Below, piece after piece: positions 12,310 through 24,091 of a stretch of DNA of 42,469 nt (position 1 is its first letter; each line of letters begins with the position of its first letter). The notes beneath the pieces are model-generated. The model did no database searches and had not been told where the DNA came from. It saw nothing but the letters and a program-made list of their open reading frames with translations. Made by a program: the position numbers and the translations under genes. This DNA is from Fistulifera solaris (Eukaryota): NCBI GenBank assembly GCA_030295235.1, contig AP026152.1:806001-848469 (forward strand). Direction: 5' to 3'.

Positions 12310-13554
12310 ATGAACGGCAAAACAGACTTACTGAAACTTATTGTTCCCCAGGAGGAAGAGGGCAAGCGGCGTTCGATTATTTCCAGTCGTCAAAGCACAT
12401 GGTCCTTTTACCGGATGCTCCGAAGTCCTTTGCATCTTTAAGATCTTTATCAAGAACATTACGCTCATCCTATTATTGTTCAAAGTGCGGTACTAAGATT
12501 TATCTTTGGAAAGACAGATTTAACGTGGATCATCAAGCCGATCATTTAATCGAGTTGGACTGGAAAGTTGATAAAACAAATGTGTACTGTAAAATTGTGG
12601 GTAGACTACTAAGACGGAAGATGTATTAGAAACAACCAGCTTGATTTACAATTTACCAGCAACACACTCGCAAAAGCTTTGCGTTGATTCTTGTCACAAT
12701 CTCCCACCGGCTGATCTCCTTCAATGGTTCTACGCAAACTATTCTTCAGAGCCCATCAGCTTTCACTACCATTCGGCACGCGGCTCAGAAAAGGTTGTAT
12801 TTTGCATTACAAAGGAAAATTTACCGAATCATTTTTGCCAATTGTCGCGAGAACGTTAAATCTGCAGGAGGTATCCTTCAAATTTGCTGCGCTGCCTCCA
12901 AAACTGGCGATTCTGGCTCTCGCAGTACCGGCTTATAAGATGTCTCCTCTTCTTAACGAAGCTGCCTTCAAGCACGATACTATTGGACCAGTGGAAATTG
13001 TGGCAACAGACATTTTTGTGATCATTCCTTTTCGTTCACTCTTTCACGGCGTTTGATGGCATCGCTTCTACGACAAATCGAGCAGTCGGGCCAACTGGAA
13101 AAGTTAAAGTTCGATAACAATTGGAGGCCAACCCCTGACCGTCCTGTCATAAATACATCAGAAAGCATCGCTACAGAGATCATAACATTTTGCAGTTTGG
13201 CCACATGAAGTGGGAGGGACACGCCAAGGAAGTTCTCGCAGCTATGAAAGACAACAATGGACTTCGCCGCCTCAACATGGACGATCCATACTTTCGGTTC
13301 AGGGACTACCCGGTATCTTTTGATGCGAGAATTACTGTGCATTTCTTCACTTCACTCGCTTCCTGCGCCTCGCGCAAGAACCACCGGATACTCGTCAATC
13401 CTTGCTGATAAACGTTCTCATCGGAATGGCGGACGGCAAATTCCAGTTTCGTGCGTCCTTGCTAGGACAGCATGTCGACACTCTTTGTGAAATTCTTCAA
13501 GTGGTACCTTACAGTATCGGAGAGCCTGCTTTGAAGCGAGCTCGGACGGGATAA
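12310..13554 (+). pseudogene. Degraded paralogue of the 6800-8297 hypothetical gene
   Basis: Homologous peptide blocks scattered over several short ORFs in different frames, with stops; lacks the long basic tail. Confidence 0.7.
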
Positions 13555-13855
13555 AGATCAGCGAGCAAGAAAAATAGCCAAACGAGTGCAGCAAGAAGAG
13601 GGAGCATTAATTGCAATAACAACAAGGAAAACGCTGAGTGTCATTGATTTAACTGGTAAACAACGGAGCGAGAGGAGGCCTATTGTGGTGGGTCAATGAG
13701 TTTCTTTTTTCAAATAAAGGTCGCTTTTATAGGCAAGATACAGAATCTTCATGTTGCATTGAGATACTTACAGCATCCCACACCTCCTCCCGCAATGTCA
13801 GAAATCTGGAAGTGGTGTTTGGATTCAAACAAGAAGCCTGTGGCATTTCCTTCAG

Positions 13856-15156
13856 TGTTTTGGGTCGTGCAGACATTCTGTGAGACTTCCAGACATTCGG
13901 GATAAGGTGTTTTGCGTCGCACAAAGAGTTTATGCTCGTACCAGAAAGTTCTGAACCCGGTGTTTCGGTTTTAGATATCCTTTTTCCGTATTCCAGAAAT
14001 TCTGGAATTGGTACTTCGTTCACACAGAAATTCTGCAATGGGTCCAGATATTCTGGACCCGGGTGTATTGGCATTTACAGAAGTTCTGAGAGACTTTCAG
14101 ATATTTTGGATAAAGTGATTGGGATGACCTAGAGATTCTGTGCACGTTTCAAATAGTTCACGGTCGGGGCTTTCCGTCCGACAATGACTTTGTGCATTTT
14201 CCAGAAATTTTGGAATCGGTGTTTTGGGCCGTGCAGACATTCTGTGAGACTTTCGGACATTCTGGATAAGGTGCTTTGCGTCGCACAAAGTGTTTATGCA
14301 CGTTCCAGAAAGTTCTGGACCCGGGGTTTCGGTTTTAGATATCCTTTTTCCGTATTCCAGAAATTCTGGAATTGGTACTTCGGTCACACAGAAATTCTGC
14401 AATGGGTCCAGATATTCTGGACCCGGGTGTATTGGCATTTACAGAAGTTCTGAGAGACTTTCAGATATTTTGGATAAAGTGATTGGGATGACCTAGAGAT
14501 TCTGTGCACGTTTCAAATAGTTCACGGTCGGGGCTTTCCGTCCGACAATGACTTTGTGCATTTTCCAGAAATTTTGGAATCGGTGTTTTGGGCCGTGCAG
14601 ACATTCTGTGAGACTTTCGGACATTCTGGATAAGGTGCTTTGCGTCGCACAAAGTGTTTATGCACGTTCCAGAAAGTTCTGGACCCGGGGTTTCGGTTTT
14701 AGATATCCTTTTTCCGTATTCCAGAAATTCTGGAATTGGTACTTCGGTCACACAGAAATTCTGCAATGGGTCCAGATATTCTGGACCCGGGTGTATTGGC
14801 ATTTACAGAAGTTCTGAGAGACTTCCAGATATTTTGGATAAAGTGATTGGGATGACCTAGAGATTCTGTGCACGTTTCAAATAGTTCACGGTCGGGGCTT
14901 TCCGTCCGACAATGACTTTGTGCATTTTCCAGAAATTTTGGAATCGGTGTTTTGGGCCGTGCAGACATTCTGTGAGACTTTCGGACATTCTGGATAAGGT
15001 GTTTTGCGTCGCACAAAGAGTTTATGCACGTTCCAGAAAGTTCTGGACCCGGGGTTTCGGTTTTAGATATCCTTTTTCCGTATTCCAGAAATTCTGGAAT
15101 TGGTACTTCGTTCACACAGAAATTCTGCAATGGGTCCAGATATTCTGGACCCGGGT
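13856..15156. repeat. Tandem array: ~3.6 copies of a 364-bp unit, itself seven ~52-bp monomers with palindromic CAGAnnTTCTG motifs
   Basis: Near-identical blocks recur at 364-bp spacing (e.g. 13890, 14254, 14618, 14982). Within a unit the main motif starts at 14254, 14306, 14358, 14409, 14462, 14514 and 14566. Confidence 0.92.
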
Positions 15157-15357
15157 TGATTGGCTTTATCAGAAGGTCGGAGAAGTTTTGAGATAATCCG
15201 CCACACGAAGCGTGCTTTTTATTTGCTATCGAGCTAATTTTTGCATGATAGGGTTGAATAACAGCTGAGCGATACAAGGTTTTCGATTTAGAATAGCAAC
15301 GCGTGCAATGGTTACTGAAAACATTACTTTAATAGTTGATCTCGCTGAGGAGCCGCC

Positions 15358-16464
15358 TTAGCTTTGAGATTGAATACAGGACCGAAGCACGTCAACAGCT
15401 CCAGGCACACGAAAAAGCACGCGGGCGCCGTAGAAAAGCATAACATCTATAGGGAAAGGATGTAAATTGCTAGCCTTTTTCCAGGCGGAGGATCTTTCCC
15501 TTTCGTACAACCTAAACCCATAAAGGGCACTTAATGAACGAGGATCAAAATTGTCCAGCAGCATGTCCAGCTGTCGGCGTTGGCTAGCAATGTCATTACA
15601 GAGGAGCATCTCTCGCACAATTGGCTCTGCTTCTTGAATGCGCTTTGCGTATGTAGCGTCAAATGCAACACTAAGTCCACGCGCGGTATCGTCGTGATAC
15701 GCAACAATACGTAGTTTGATGATAATGAGCGCAAGCAAATATGGATCTTCAACCCCGTCCCAGTCCATGTCTGGATACTCCTTGAATATGTCACTGTATC
15801 GACAATTCATTTCGACAGGATAAACCCAGTCGCCTTCACGCGATCGTGCATGTCGTGAAAGAATTTCATTGCTGTCTAGGTTTTCAACGTTTATCACGTA
15901 TCGGACAAACGCATAAGCATCGTCATCTCTATTTAGATAGAGAAGCGCCAAGGGAACATAATAACCGACCTCGCAATGATACTCAGGATCCAATCTAACA
16001 AGCTCCAAGAAGTGATTAAGTGCCATTTCCCAAACTTCTTTCACTTCATAGTCGTAAGCTACATCCATATACGAAATAGCTAGGTTGGCACGGACGTCTA
16101 GGTATACCCGTGTCTCATCGGGCTCTCCAAACCGTCCTACATGTGTCTCAAACAAATTGCCTGCTGCTCTACTCTCGCTCCCTTCCCCCTACAGCAGACG
16201 AAGTTCCTCTTCTTTATAACCGTTTCTTTCTTCTGCAATCGTTTTACAGATATCGCGATGTTGCTTCAAATGCTTCTTCTGACATTCAACACTGCAATAC
16301 CAGGCTACGCTGCAACGCGAGCACTTTTTCAGCTCGGCTGTGGGATCCTTACACGTATAGCAGTATGGTTGTTCATTCAAATGAGTATCTCTTCCGTCGT
16401 AACATGGTGTTTTCCACGTCTTACTGTTCTCATCAAACGAATTATAGTTTGCTGCTTGCGACAT
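15358..16464 (-). pseudogene. MYND zinc-finger protein with helical C-terminal domain; in-frame TAG at 16189-16191
   Basis: CYTC..CSRCSVAWYCSVECQKKHLKQHRDIC MYND motif. ORFs 16189-16464 and 15358-16155 are in the same frame (LRLL*GEGSESRAAGNLFETHVG). Confidence 0.8.
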
Positions 16465-16990
16465 CTTTTCACCGGGAAGGATAGCGAGTTTTTATATACC
16501 TAGACGCTCACTGCGATCTCCGCTAACGCATCCAGACCAGTACACTTTTTGAAAGGATAGGATAGAAGAAGATGCGCTTGTTCTTAATAGTCCAGTTAAC
16601 AAATAGTATACCAGGTAATGGACCATTTTTTTGTGATGTCGCGTTGTTTCGTGGACGTCAATGCAGATTTTCTGGGGACATAATGACAACAAAAGATTTT
16701 TCGATCTTTTATTGCGGGGGCGTGACAAACTCAGATATTCCGTCTGATATTCGAATAACGAGAACTGTCTACTATAGTCAAAAGTGTAAATTCAATTTAT
16801 CCACGAATGTGCCGACGTATTGCAAAGAAATTAGTCAGAGATGTTGGACCTAAGCGAAAGTATTATGGAGTATGAAAACTATAAAAGCGCCTGACAAATG
16901 GAGGAGCACAAGTCGTGATTTAGAGGCCATAAAGTGCTTTCATTCGATGCCGTGTCTAGAGCATTCAGTTCACGCAACGCAGTTTCCACC

Positions 16991-18157
16991 TCATTCGTTT
17001 TCTTCTTCATCTTCACCATCGTCGTCCTCATTATGTTCTTGTACGATCTGTTGGAGTAGGTCGCTAGATCCAGGTACGCGGAAAAAGGAACGGACACCAT
17101 TCATAATTGTAACGTTTATCGGATAAGGATGGAAACGGGTAATTTCTTGAAGTGCCGAGAACCTTTCAAATCCTGCAAGCTCCTCAAAATCGTGCATGGC
17201 ATGCAGCACATTGTGGTCGATAGCGTCCAGAAGTGTATCAAGCTGTTTTCGCTGTGGAGTAATGTCACGACAACAACCAAGCATTTCTTGCACTATCGGC
17301 CGCACTTCTTGAATTCGATTTGCAACTGTTTCGTTGAACGCAAAATCAAGCGTTCTTGAAAGAGTGTCGTGCGCTGCAACAGTACGCAGCTTGATGATAA
17401 TCAGCGCCACCAGATATGGCTCGTCTACGGCTATCGGACTTCGATTGGGGCATTCTTTGAAAATGTCAAGGTATCGGCATTCGTGCTCGACCGCAAAGAA
17501 AAGGTCACCTGCAGTAGTCTGTGCATGCCGCGAGACTATCTCGTCCCTGTGCAGATTTTCAAATTTCAGCCAGTATCGAATAAACGCAAATGCATCGTCA
17601 TCGCGATTTAGGTAAAGGAGAACAACGCAATACGAAAGTGAATTTCGCAATCATACGAAGGATCCAATCGCAATATTTCCAAGTAGTGAAAGAGTGCCTT
17701 TTCCCAAAGTTCTTTGATCTCATATTCGTAAGCAACATCCCAATAAGAATGTGCGAGGTATGCGCGAGCGGTAAGATATTCCTGAACTTCCTCCAGCTCT
17801 AATTCACCGAATTGCCCTACACGCGTTTCAAAGAAGTCTTCCACCTCGTCGTCATCGTGTTCACCCCATTCCCAGCAACAAAGCGGATATTCCGTCGTTT
17901 GTAAGTCTTCAATTTCCCTTGCAACTTGTTTACAGAGTATGCTGTGCTCTTTGAAATGCATCTTTTGACATTCGCTACTACAATACCACGCTACCTGACA
18001 GCGCGAACATCGTTTGAGCCTCAAAGTGTCTCCAAGATCATTACAAGAATAGCAATAGGGCTGTTCTTTTAGACACGTATCCTTCCCCTCGTAGTATAAG
18101 CTTCAAAAAGGTGTTATACTCCTGGAGGAAGGTGGGATCGAGCAGCCAATTCGACAT
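16991..18157 (-). pseudogene. Second MYND zinc-finger protein, tandem paralogue; frameshifts near 18095 and 17630
   Basis: CYSC..CSRCQVAWYCSSECQKMHFKEHSILC; shares LLYLNRDDDA and PYLxALIIIKLR with 15358-16464. Start codon is tentative. Confidence 0.75.
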
Positions 18158-18578
18158 CGTCTTGTCGGCCGAATAGTCCACTCTGGTTGATAATCTTGAC
18201 CTTTAGGTGTACTGCACCGCTTTTTGGGAAGATTACAATGAAAACAACTTCTCGCAGGAGAAGAGAGGCAATGCAACTATTGATTCGCATCTTTTGGCGG
18301 CGATCATCATCGTTTGCGCGTCTTTCCCGTATAATGTCGTAGTGTGTCTCATTGCCTACATTCCGGAATATATGGTATTTTCACTCTGAATTGAAGTGTA
18401 GATTACTTTTTTCGGCGCGCCTTTCGGCGATAATAAGACGTTCGGCGTTCTGCGTTTGCGAAGAGAAGAAAGAGAGACCTGCAACAAAAGAAAGGCAAAG
18501 ACTAATTACAAGTGCCTTGCTTATCTCTATAAGCGTACTATTACAGGCTGAAACGAAAAGAGAATAGAGAATTACAGG

Positions 18579-18989
18579 ATGGAAGTGACACGAAATCGTC
18601 CTGAACCTTATTATTTCTCCTCGGAACCATCACTGCATTTGAATGAGACCGATTTCGAGGTTCAACCGCCCACCAATTCTCAAAAGAAAACTTGGTTGTC
18701 CCTGGGAATTTCGATCTTACAAGGCTTCTGTAAGCCGAGGCGAAATGCTTTTGCAAGCGATGAGGACAGTGATGAGGACGACGATGATACTGGACTTGCC
18801 AGCATCACAACATTAGTAACTCGTCAACATTCGCCGAACTACTTGAACTACTATTTTTATGGCTCCACACAAAGTATATTGGAGATCTGGGTAGCTGCAT
18901 GCGTGCTCCTCGGATGGACGATACGCTTTCTTCAATACAAGGACAGCTCTTTGGCTTTGACAACGGCTGTCGTCGGAAACAAGTTATAA
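18579..18989 (+). CDS. Small membrane protein with LQGFCxP motif and C-terminal TM helix
   Basis: 136-aa ORF sharing two motifs with 25311-25649 (SILQGFCKP/ALLQGFCAP; LEIWVAACVLLGWTI/LELFLSALFLLVWTL). Confidence 0.6.
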   Translation: MEVTRNRPEPYYFSSEPSLHLNETDFEVQPPTNSQKKTWLSLGISILQGFCKPRRNAFASDEDSDEDDDDTGLASITTLVTRQHSPNYLNYYFYGSTQSILEIWVAACVLLGWTIRFLQYKDSSLALTTAVVGNKL

Positions 18990-19337
18990 CGTTTCTCCGG
19001 ATTAGTTCGGTCTCAGCAAAGCACCCTTCTACTGAAAGAATTAAATACTCTTATCAAGTAAAAAGTTAGTAATTTTCCAACATTACTTTTTTACGATAAA
19101 AGCACTGTTTCTGACGACCACCGTGAATTCACCCTTCGACTCGTACGCTTGCTCGCCTATAAACTACATTTGTTCGATCACCATCACCAAGCCAAGTTTC
19201 TATTTCGAACATTAAGACCCAGTATTAATTTACACTAACAAAAAGGTACGGAGTACTCCGTATTCTAGCTATCAAACAACATCGAGTCCAACAGCGGCCA
19301 CACTTCGACGTTTCATGTTCTGTTTATCGGGTAACCG

Positions 19338-20030
19338 TCAAGTCATTTCCGCTTGAAACGATCCAGTCGTCGTCTCTCCTCCATTTAAAGCAGGGCTCAT
19401 TGAAGCAGTCTCTTCCTTCGGTACTTTGACACCGTCCTTGCCGACGAACAAGCAGAGTGCATTCGTCAACAGCGCTGCAATCAACCAGAACATACAACTG
19501 ACTAAATCTGTTTTCATCGCCGTAATAGATGTCTCTTCGTCTTTGCGCACAATATGTACATAGCTCAAGCAAATATCTAAAACAGCCCCGAGAAAGAACT
19601 CGACATCCGCAACTAATCGCAACCCTCGAATAGTCTGGCTCTCGTCTTTTCTCTTTTTTACGTTGCGATACAAAAGTTGCAGGGCTTCCAGCAGATAAAA
19701 ATGCGTCGAGGCCCAGTTAAACGCAACACTGGTATTACTTTTGGGTTCCGCAACGGCACTAATGCAACCAAAAACACCCGCGAAAATGAGAGTGAGATGT
19801 AACCATGTGCGCGGTCGGTGATTGTAATAATCGAACGCCCCCACAATAACGAAACAAAAGGCCCCCGCAAATAACAGCCCTCGACTATCACCCGACTCGA
19901 TGGTTTCATCATTGTTGTTGATATTCTGTAGCTGCAAGCCGGAACTGATGCAGTACAAAATCGACGCGAGAAGAAAGAAAAAATTGGAGGCCACGAGAAG
20001 GCGGAACGAATTGGGCGCCGATTTCGTCAT
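19338..20030 (-). CDS. Multi-pass membrane protein (about 6 TM helices), unknown function
   Basis: 230-aa intact ORF with repeated hydrophobic segments separated by short polar loops. Confidence 0.75.
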   Translation of the reverse strand: MTKSAPNSFRLLVASNFFFLLASILYCISSGLQLQNINNNDETIESGDSRGLLFAGAFCFVIVGAFDYYNHRPRTWLHLTLIFAGVFGCISAVAEPKSNTSVAFNWASTHFYLLEALQLLYRNVKKRKDESQTIRGLRLVADVEFFLGAVLDICLSYVHIVRKDEETSITAMKTDLVSCMFWLIAALLTNALCLFVGKDGVKVPKEETASMSPALNGGETTTGSFQAEMT

Positions 20031-20574
20031 TGCGCTTGTAATTGATGGCTCTTTTCAATTGTGTGACTGTTCAACGACCAATTGTAGTTGCTGCAAGCTT
20101 CAACACTTTCGAAACAAGCAATGACAGGGTGAAAAAAGACCGCGAAAAAAGCCGATAGGTCATTGTCACCGAATGGAAGAAGTAAAAGACTTCGAGAACG
20201 TCGCTAAACTGCGCTACACAATGAGGTATAGTACCTGGTACTTGTCGATGACGTTGTATATCGTCGGAATCAGAATCCGTGAACGAATTACGTTGTGTCC
20301 CGAGTCCCGAGTGCTGAGCCTATGACTACTGTATGAGTGATAGAGTGTTGAGTGCAAAATTTCAAAGTCTCATCGTGACTCTCGACTATCGACAAAAGTT
20401 TCGGCGAACATGGCTTCTCTCGCGTAATAAAAAGTGTGCGATGATCGCGATACATCGTGTTGATGAGAAAATAATAAAGGTTTTTGCTGGCATTATAGCG
20501 CAACCAAAGGGTCTTTCTTCGTCTACAACATTTTACATTGCTCTTCACTCTATAAATCAAACCGATATCGTACC

Positions 20575-21135
20575 ATGGCAACCGCATCGACATCAATGAC
20601 GCTCACAAACAGCAGAGGCAGTCCTAACAAGTCGCCTCGAAAACATCTCATGCCTCCTGTTCTCAGGCGTTTCTCATCGGATACCGAATTTGATGATCTC
20701 ATGTCGAATGTTGATGCCGGAGATATGTGCGAGAACCTCGAGCTGCTTCAGTTAGATAAGAATGAGGAGGCAGAAGAAGAAAATGATAAGACGGACGGTT
20801 CCATGAAACACAAACTCTCCGCGTTTAAGGGAGAAAAATCGCGTGGCCACAAACAGCATTCATCGAACTGGTCCTTCTCGTTAGGTTCCTTCGACGACTC
20901 CTATTCCGAAGACGTTACCGCAGCGATGGAAGAGCTCTCGATCGGAACATCGGTGCGAGATGATACAGACGCAGTAAATTTGTCTGGTGATTTTCTATTG
21001 AATCTTCTAAAACGTACGAACAGCAACAGCAGTCAACACAATACTACTATAAGCAGCATCCACTCAAAATATCAGTCGTCCTTGCATGATGTCGACAGCG
21101 ACGCCGACGACGGAGAAGACGATGAGCAGAAATAA
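20575..21135 (+). CDS. Hypothetical acidic/Ser-rich, probably disordered protein
   Basis: 186-aa ORF from ATG with D/E/S-rich composition; the 3' end could extend if there is an indel. Confidence 0.55.
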   Translation: MATASTSMTLTNSRGSPNKSPRKHLMPPVLRRFSSDTEFDDLMSNVDAGDMCENLELLQLDKNEEAEEENDKTDGSMKHKLSAFKGEKSRGHKQHSSNWSFSLGSFDDSYSEDVTAAMEELSIGTSVRDDTDAVNLSGDFLLNLLKRTNSNSSQHNTTISSIHSKYQSSLHDVDSDADDGEDDEQK

Positions 21136-21542
21136 CAAAAGCAGCGTCAGCAAGCGTAAGATTCGATCGAAGATTCCGAGCAGCAACAACGAGATTCAAA
21201 TCAACGCTTGATTGATAAAAAAAGCCACAAAGTTGGAGCAAAGAATCGCCTATGATGATCCGAAGAATAGAGAATGTGTTTCTCGCGATGGGGGTGGCTG
21301 TGTAAGTCGACGAATCATCAGACATTGCCGCCTTTCAACTTTCGCTTGCGAGACTTCTTCATTGAGTGAAGACTGTGAGATTGTTGTATGCAGCGAGTTT
21401 GAGTCTGTGTGTTGCTTATGCATTTTGATTCGAAACGGCGAATAGGCGCCACCAATCTTTCCGTTCTACATGCACAACGAGGAAGTTAGGTTTTCGTAAA
21501 ACAGTGGTCATTCTATGGCGACGTTGTTGAGGTTATATCTAT

Positions 21543-24091
21543 CTAAAACTGAAGGCACGCTGGACACTTGCCCACGCATGTTTCCCAGGCACATCGCTCC
21601 TCCCAAGCTATCTCGGGGTTATTCTTACAATCATCAGGACAAGTTTCGTCCGTAATACAATCGGAACATTGCGCACACGAATCCCACCCGCACTTCGTAG
21701 ACCACGGATCAGGGCTTGTGGAGCACCAATCACGACAGTTGCCGTATTTTGCCATCAAAAAGGATCGAATTCAATGAACTTTCGTGTATTGGGCCACTTC
21801 TCCCAGTCAACCTTGATCGGCGTGCGTGGGTGACACAGGTGCACAACGTACAGATCTCGCAACACGTTCATGGCGTATCCCGCTCGATGTAGCTCGTGAA
21901 ACCATGAAACCTTGTCGTACCCGTATCCGCGAATGGCGGTCCAAAAGCGTGGAATGCCGGGTAAATAGCCGATGACATACGGTTCGTATGCCAGCTCCCA
22001 GTCAATAGGATAGTATGGCGCTTCCGTGAAGTTGTACCACATCTCTGATTTTGTGGATCCTTGGTTTTTAGGTGTGACATCATGATAGATAACCCAAGCT
22101 GCATTCTTCTCGACCATCTTTATGAGATCGTGTTTGGAATTTGGCAAGTCGCTTTCGGTTGCCGACTTTTCTGGGGCGTAATTAATCCCACCCGGGCAAA
22201 CTTCGAATGCAGGTAACACAAACAGGGTTCGTTTGCGGCGCATCTTGTCGACAATTTGAGGATCTTTCTTCATTAGCCCTTTAATGGTGGCATGAGAATT
22301 CGGAGTGACAATGAGGTCGACATCAAGCAACAAAAAATAGTTGCTACCCGTGTTTTCCAGCGCCAAATTGCGAAGAGCGTTATATGGATAAGTCCACTGT
22401 ATAGACGCTTCTGGATACGGCGAGAAATCAACAATCTTTTCCATCAGGACGTGAACGTTACTTTCACGCAAATACCAAGCAATTGTGTGATTTGATAGCC
22501 ACGACGATATCAAGTCTACATCTTCAGAGCTCTGAACGTAAAGCGCAATCGAACCGGGTCCATTCCATTTTCGCAGGTTCAAAATAACATTATCAAGCTT
22601 TGCGAGGCTTGCAGAAGCCTGCATCGTTATCACGATATGATCGTCATCTTGAAGCTCGACTTGTCGATGAATGAAATTGACAAGGGTTTTACTTTGAGGC
22701 TTGGTGGAGTTTAGCGACAGGGCATGACTCTCAAGTTTCTCCCATTGTTCTAGTAGCTGATCTTTGTACGTTCGAGGAGTCCATACCTTTTCGATCAGCA
22801 TCTTTTCACGCCACCAGATTTCCCAGTCCTTGACTAAGCTTCGATTGGTCAAGTCGTGAATGGTTTTCTCCATTGCCTTCGCCGAAGCAAGTGTCATAGA
22901 TTTGCCACTTTTGTGAGCCTTGCCATTGCTGTCGAGTCGGCTGCTGCAGGTAGCGCGGGCCCACCAATATTCGGTCTCATACTTGATTTTTATCCCTTCA
23001 TGCTCCTGCCCACCAGCAAAAAAACCATCTATGACAAAAGAAAAGCGTTTAGGAAAGCTCTCATGGATGTATCATCTGATACATCAAGAACAATCGAGGC
23101 TTGAACGTTAAAATGACTTTGACTTACATGGAACGTCACCGGTTCGGCGCATATCGCCATCTTTTGCCATGCATGTGAACATGTTACGCGGAGTACGATG
23201 CAATTGCAAATTGTGATGGTTCCAAGCTGCTAATAGCAAATGCTCGGGAGATTCAATAGCATGAAATGTCTCATTGGAATACTCATTTCGAAGGAAAGGC
23301 GGGAGCACATCCAGCGCGTCAAGAATGGAATCCTTGCTCACGGTGAAATGCCGATCGTTGATGGCTCCCCAGTCCTCGCCTTCCGGGACGACAATTGCAT
23401 TCTTCGGGAAGTCGGATATGTCATACGGGCACATGTAGAACTGGTCCGTTCGAGTAACGATGAACCTGTCGTACTTCTCGGTCAGCTTCAATTCGCGGAT
23501 GTGTTCCGCCAACCAGTATCGCATCATGTTCTGAATGGCACCAGACGTCTTGTGTCCTTTCACGCCGCCAAGAACACCTGCTTCTCTAGCTAGTCCTTGG
23601 ATGCGAGGCTCAACAATTTCTCGCCACCCGTCGATGCGCAACGTGTCTGTGTTTGAGTTAGCCATGAGCCATGAATGTTGACGCTGCTGTTATCAAATGA
23701 CTTGTCTGACCTCAAAATTCACGCTGAACTTACCGAGTGCATCTCCCCAATCCTTGTACTCCTTCTCGCGAAAAATGTACTTGGCTCGTTTCCAAAGAGA
23801 CGCGTCGTTGTATTTGTCATCACTCGCGCCCACCACCAGGCCCAAGTCGGCTTGATTATAGTCAAGAACATTTTTGTAAAGAGATTCCCATGCTGGTTCA
23901 CCGCAACGAAGATTTCCGATCAGGAATACAATAGTGCGATTCCCTTGTTGTGGTTGCAGACGAAGTCCTTTTGGAGCAAAAATCATGCGCCTCATCAAAA
24001 ATGTATTACAAAGCCAACTTAAAATCATTGCGCCGATCAGAGCCAAAAGGAAAATTCCTTTGTGTCCGTACTTTAGCTGAGAAGAACGCAT
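21543..24091 (-). CDS. Type II membrane multidomain glycosyltransferase: TM + uncharacterised RTD-motif domain + GT49 (LARGE/B4GAT1-like) domain + two Cys/Trp-rich repeats
   Basis: Introns 23647-23733 (GTAAGT..GCTAAC..CAG) and 23029-23127 (GTAAGT..TAG) join the ORFs in frame. GT49-like motifs: YPYNALRNLA, LLLDVD, FVLPAFE, YEPYVI, GYGYDKVS. -1 break at 21755 before MAKYGNCRDWC. Confidence 0.85.

Noticed and set aside
13856..15156. CRISPR-like array (palindromic repeats with variable spacers)
   Set aside because: The spacers recur unchanged every 364 bp, the repeats are short and degenerate, there are no cas genes, and the context is a eukaryotic chromosome
13727..15277. Repeated ORFs (MPIHPGPEYLDPLQNF...) inside the array
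   Set aside because: The unit length 364 is not a multiple of 3, so frames shift and stop in each unit; ORFs on both strands are by-products of the repeat
16167..16192. 24-nt GT..AG micro-intron that would remove the MYND gene's TAG
   Set aside because: Far shorter than the 67-100 nt introns seen in this window, purine-rich with no branch point, and the paralogue has coding sequence here
23029..23127. Apparent shared frameshift after DVPCK in both glycosyltransferases
   Set aside because: Explained by a canonical GTAAGT..AG intron at the same position in both copies, restoring DVPYGFFAGG
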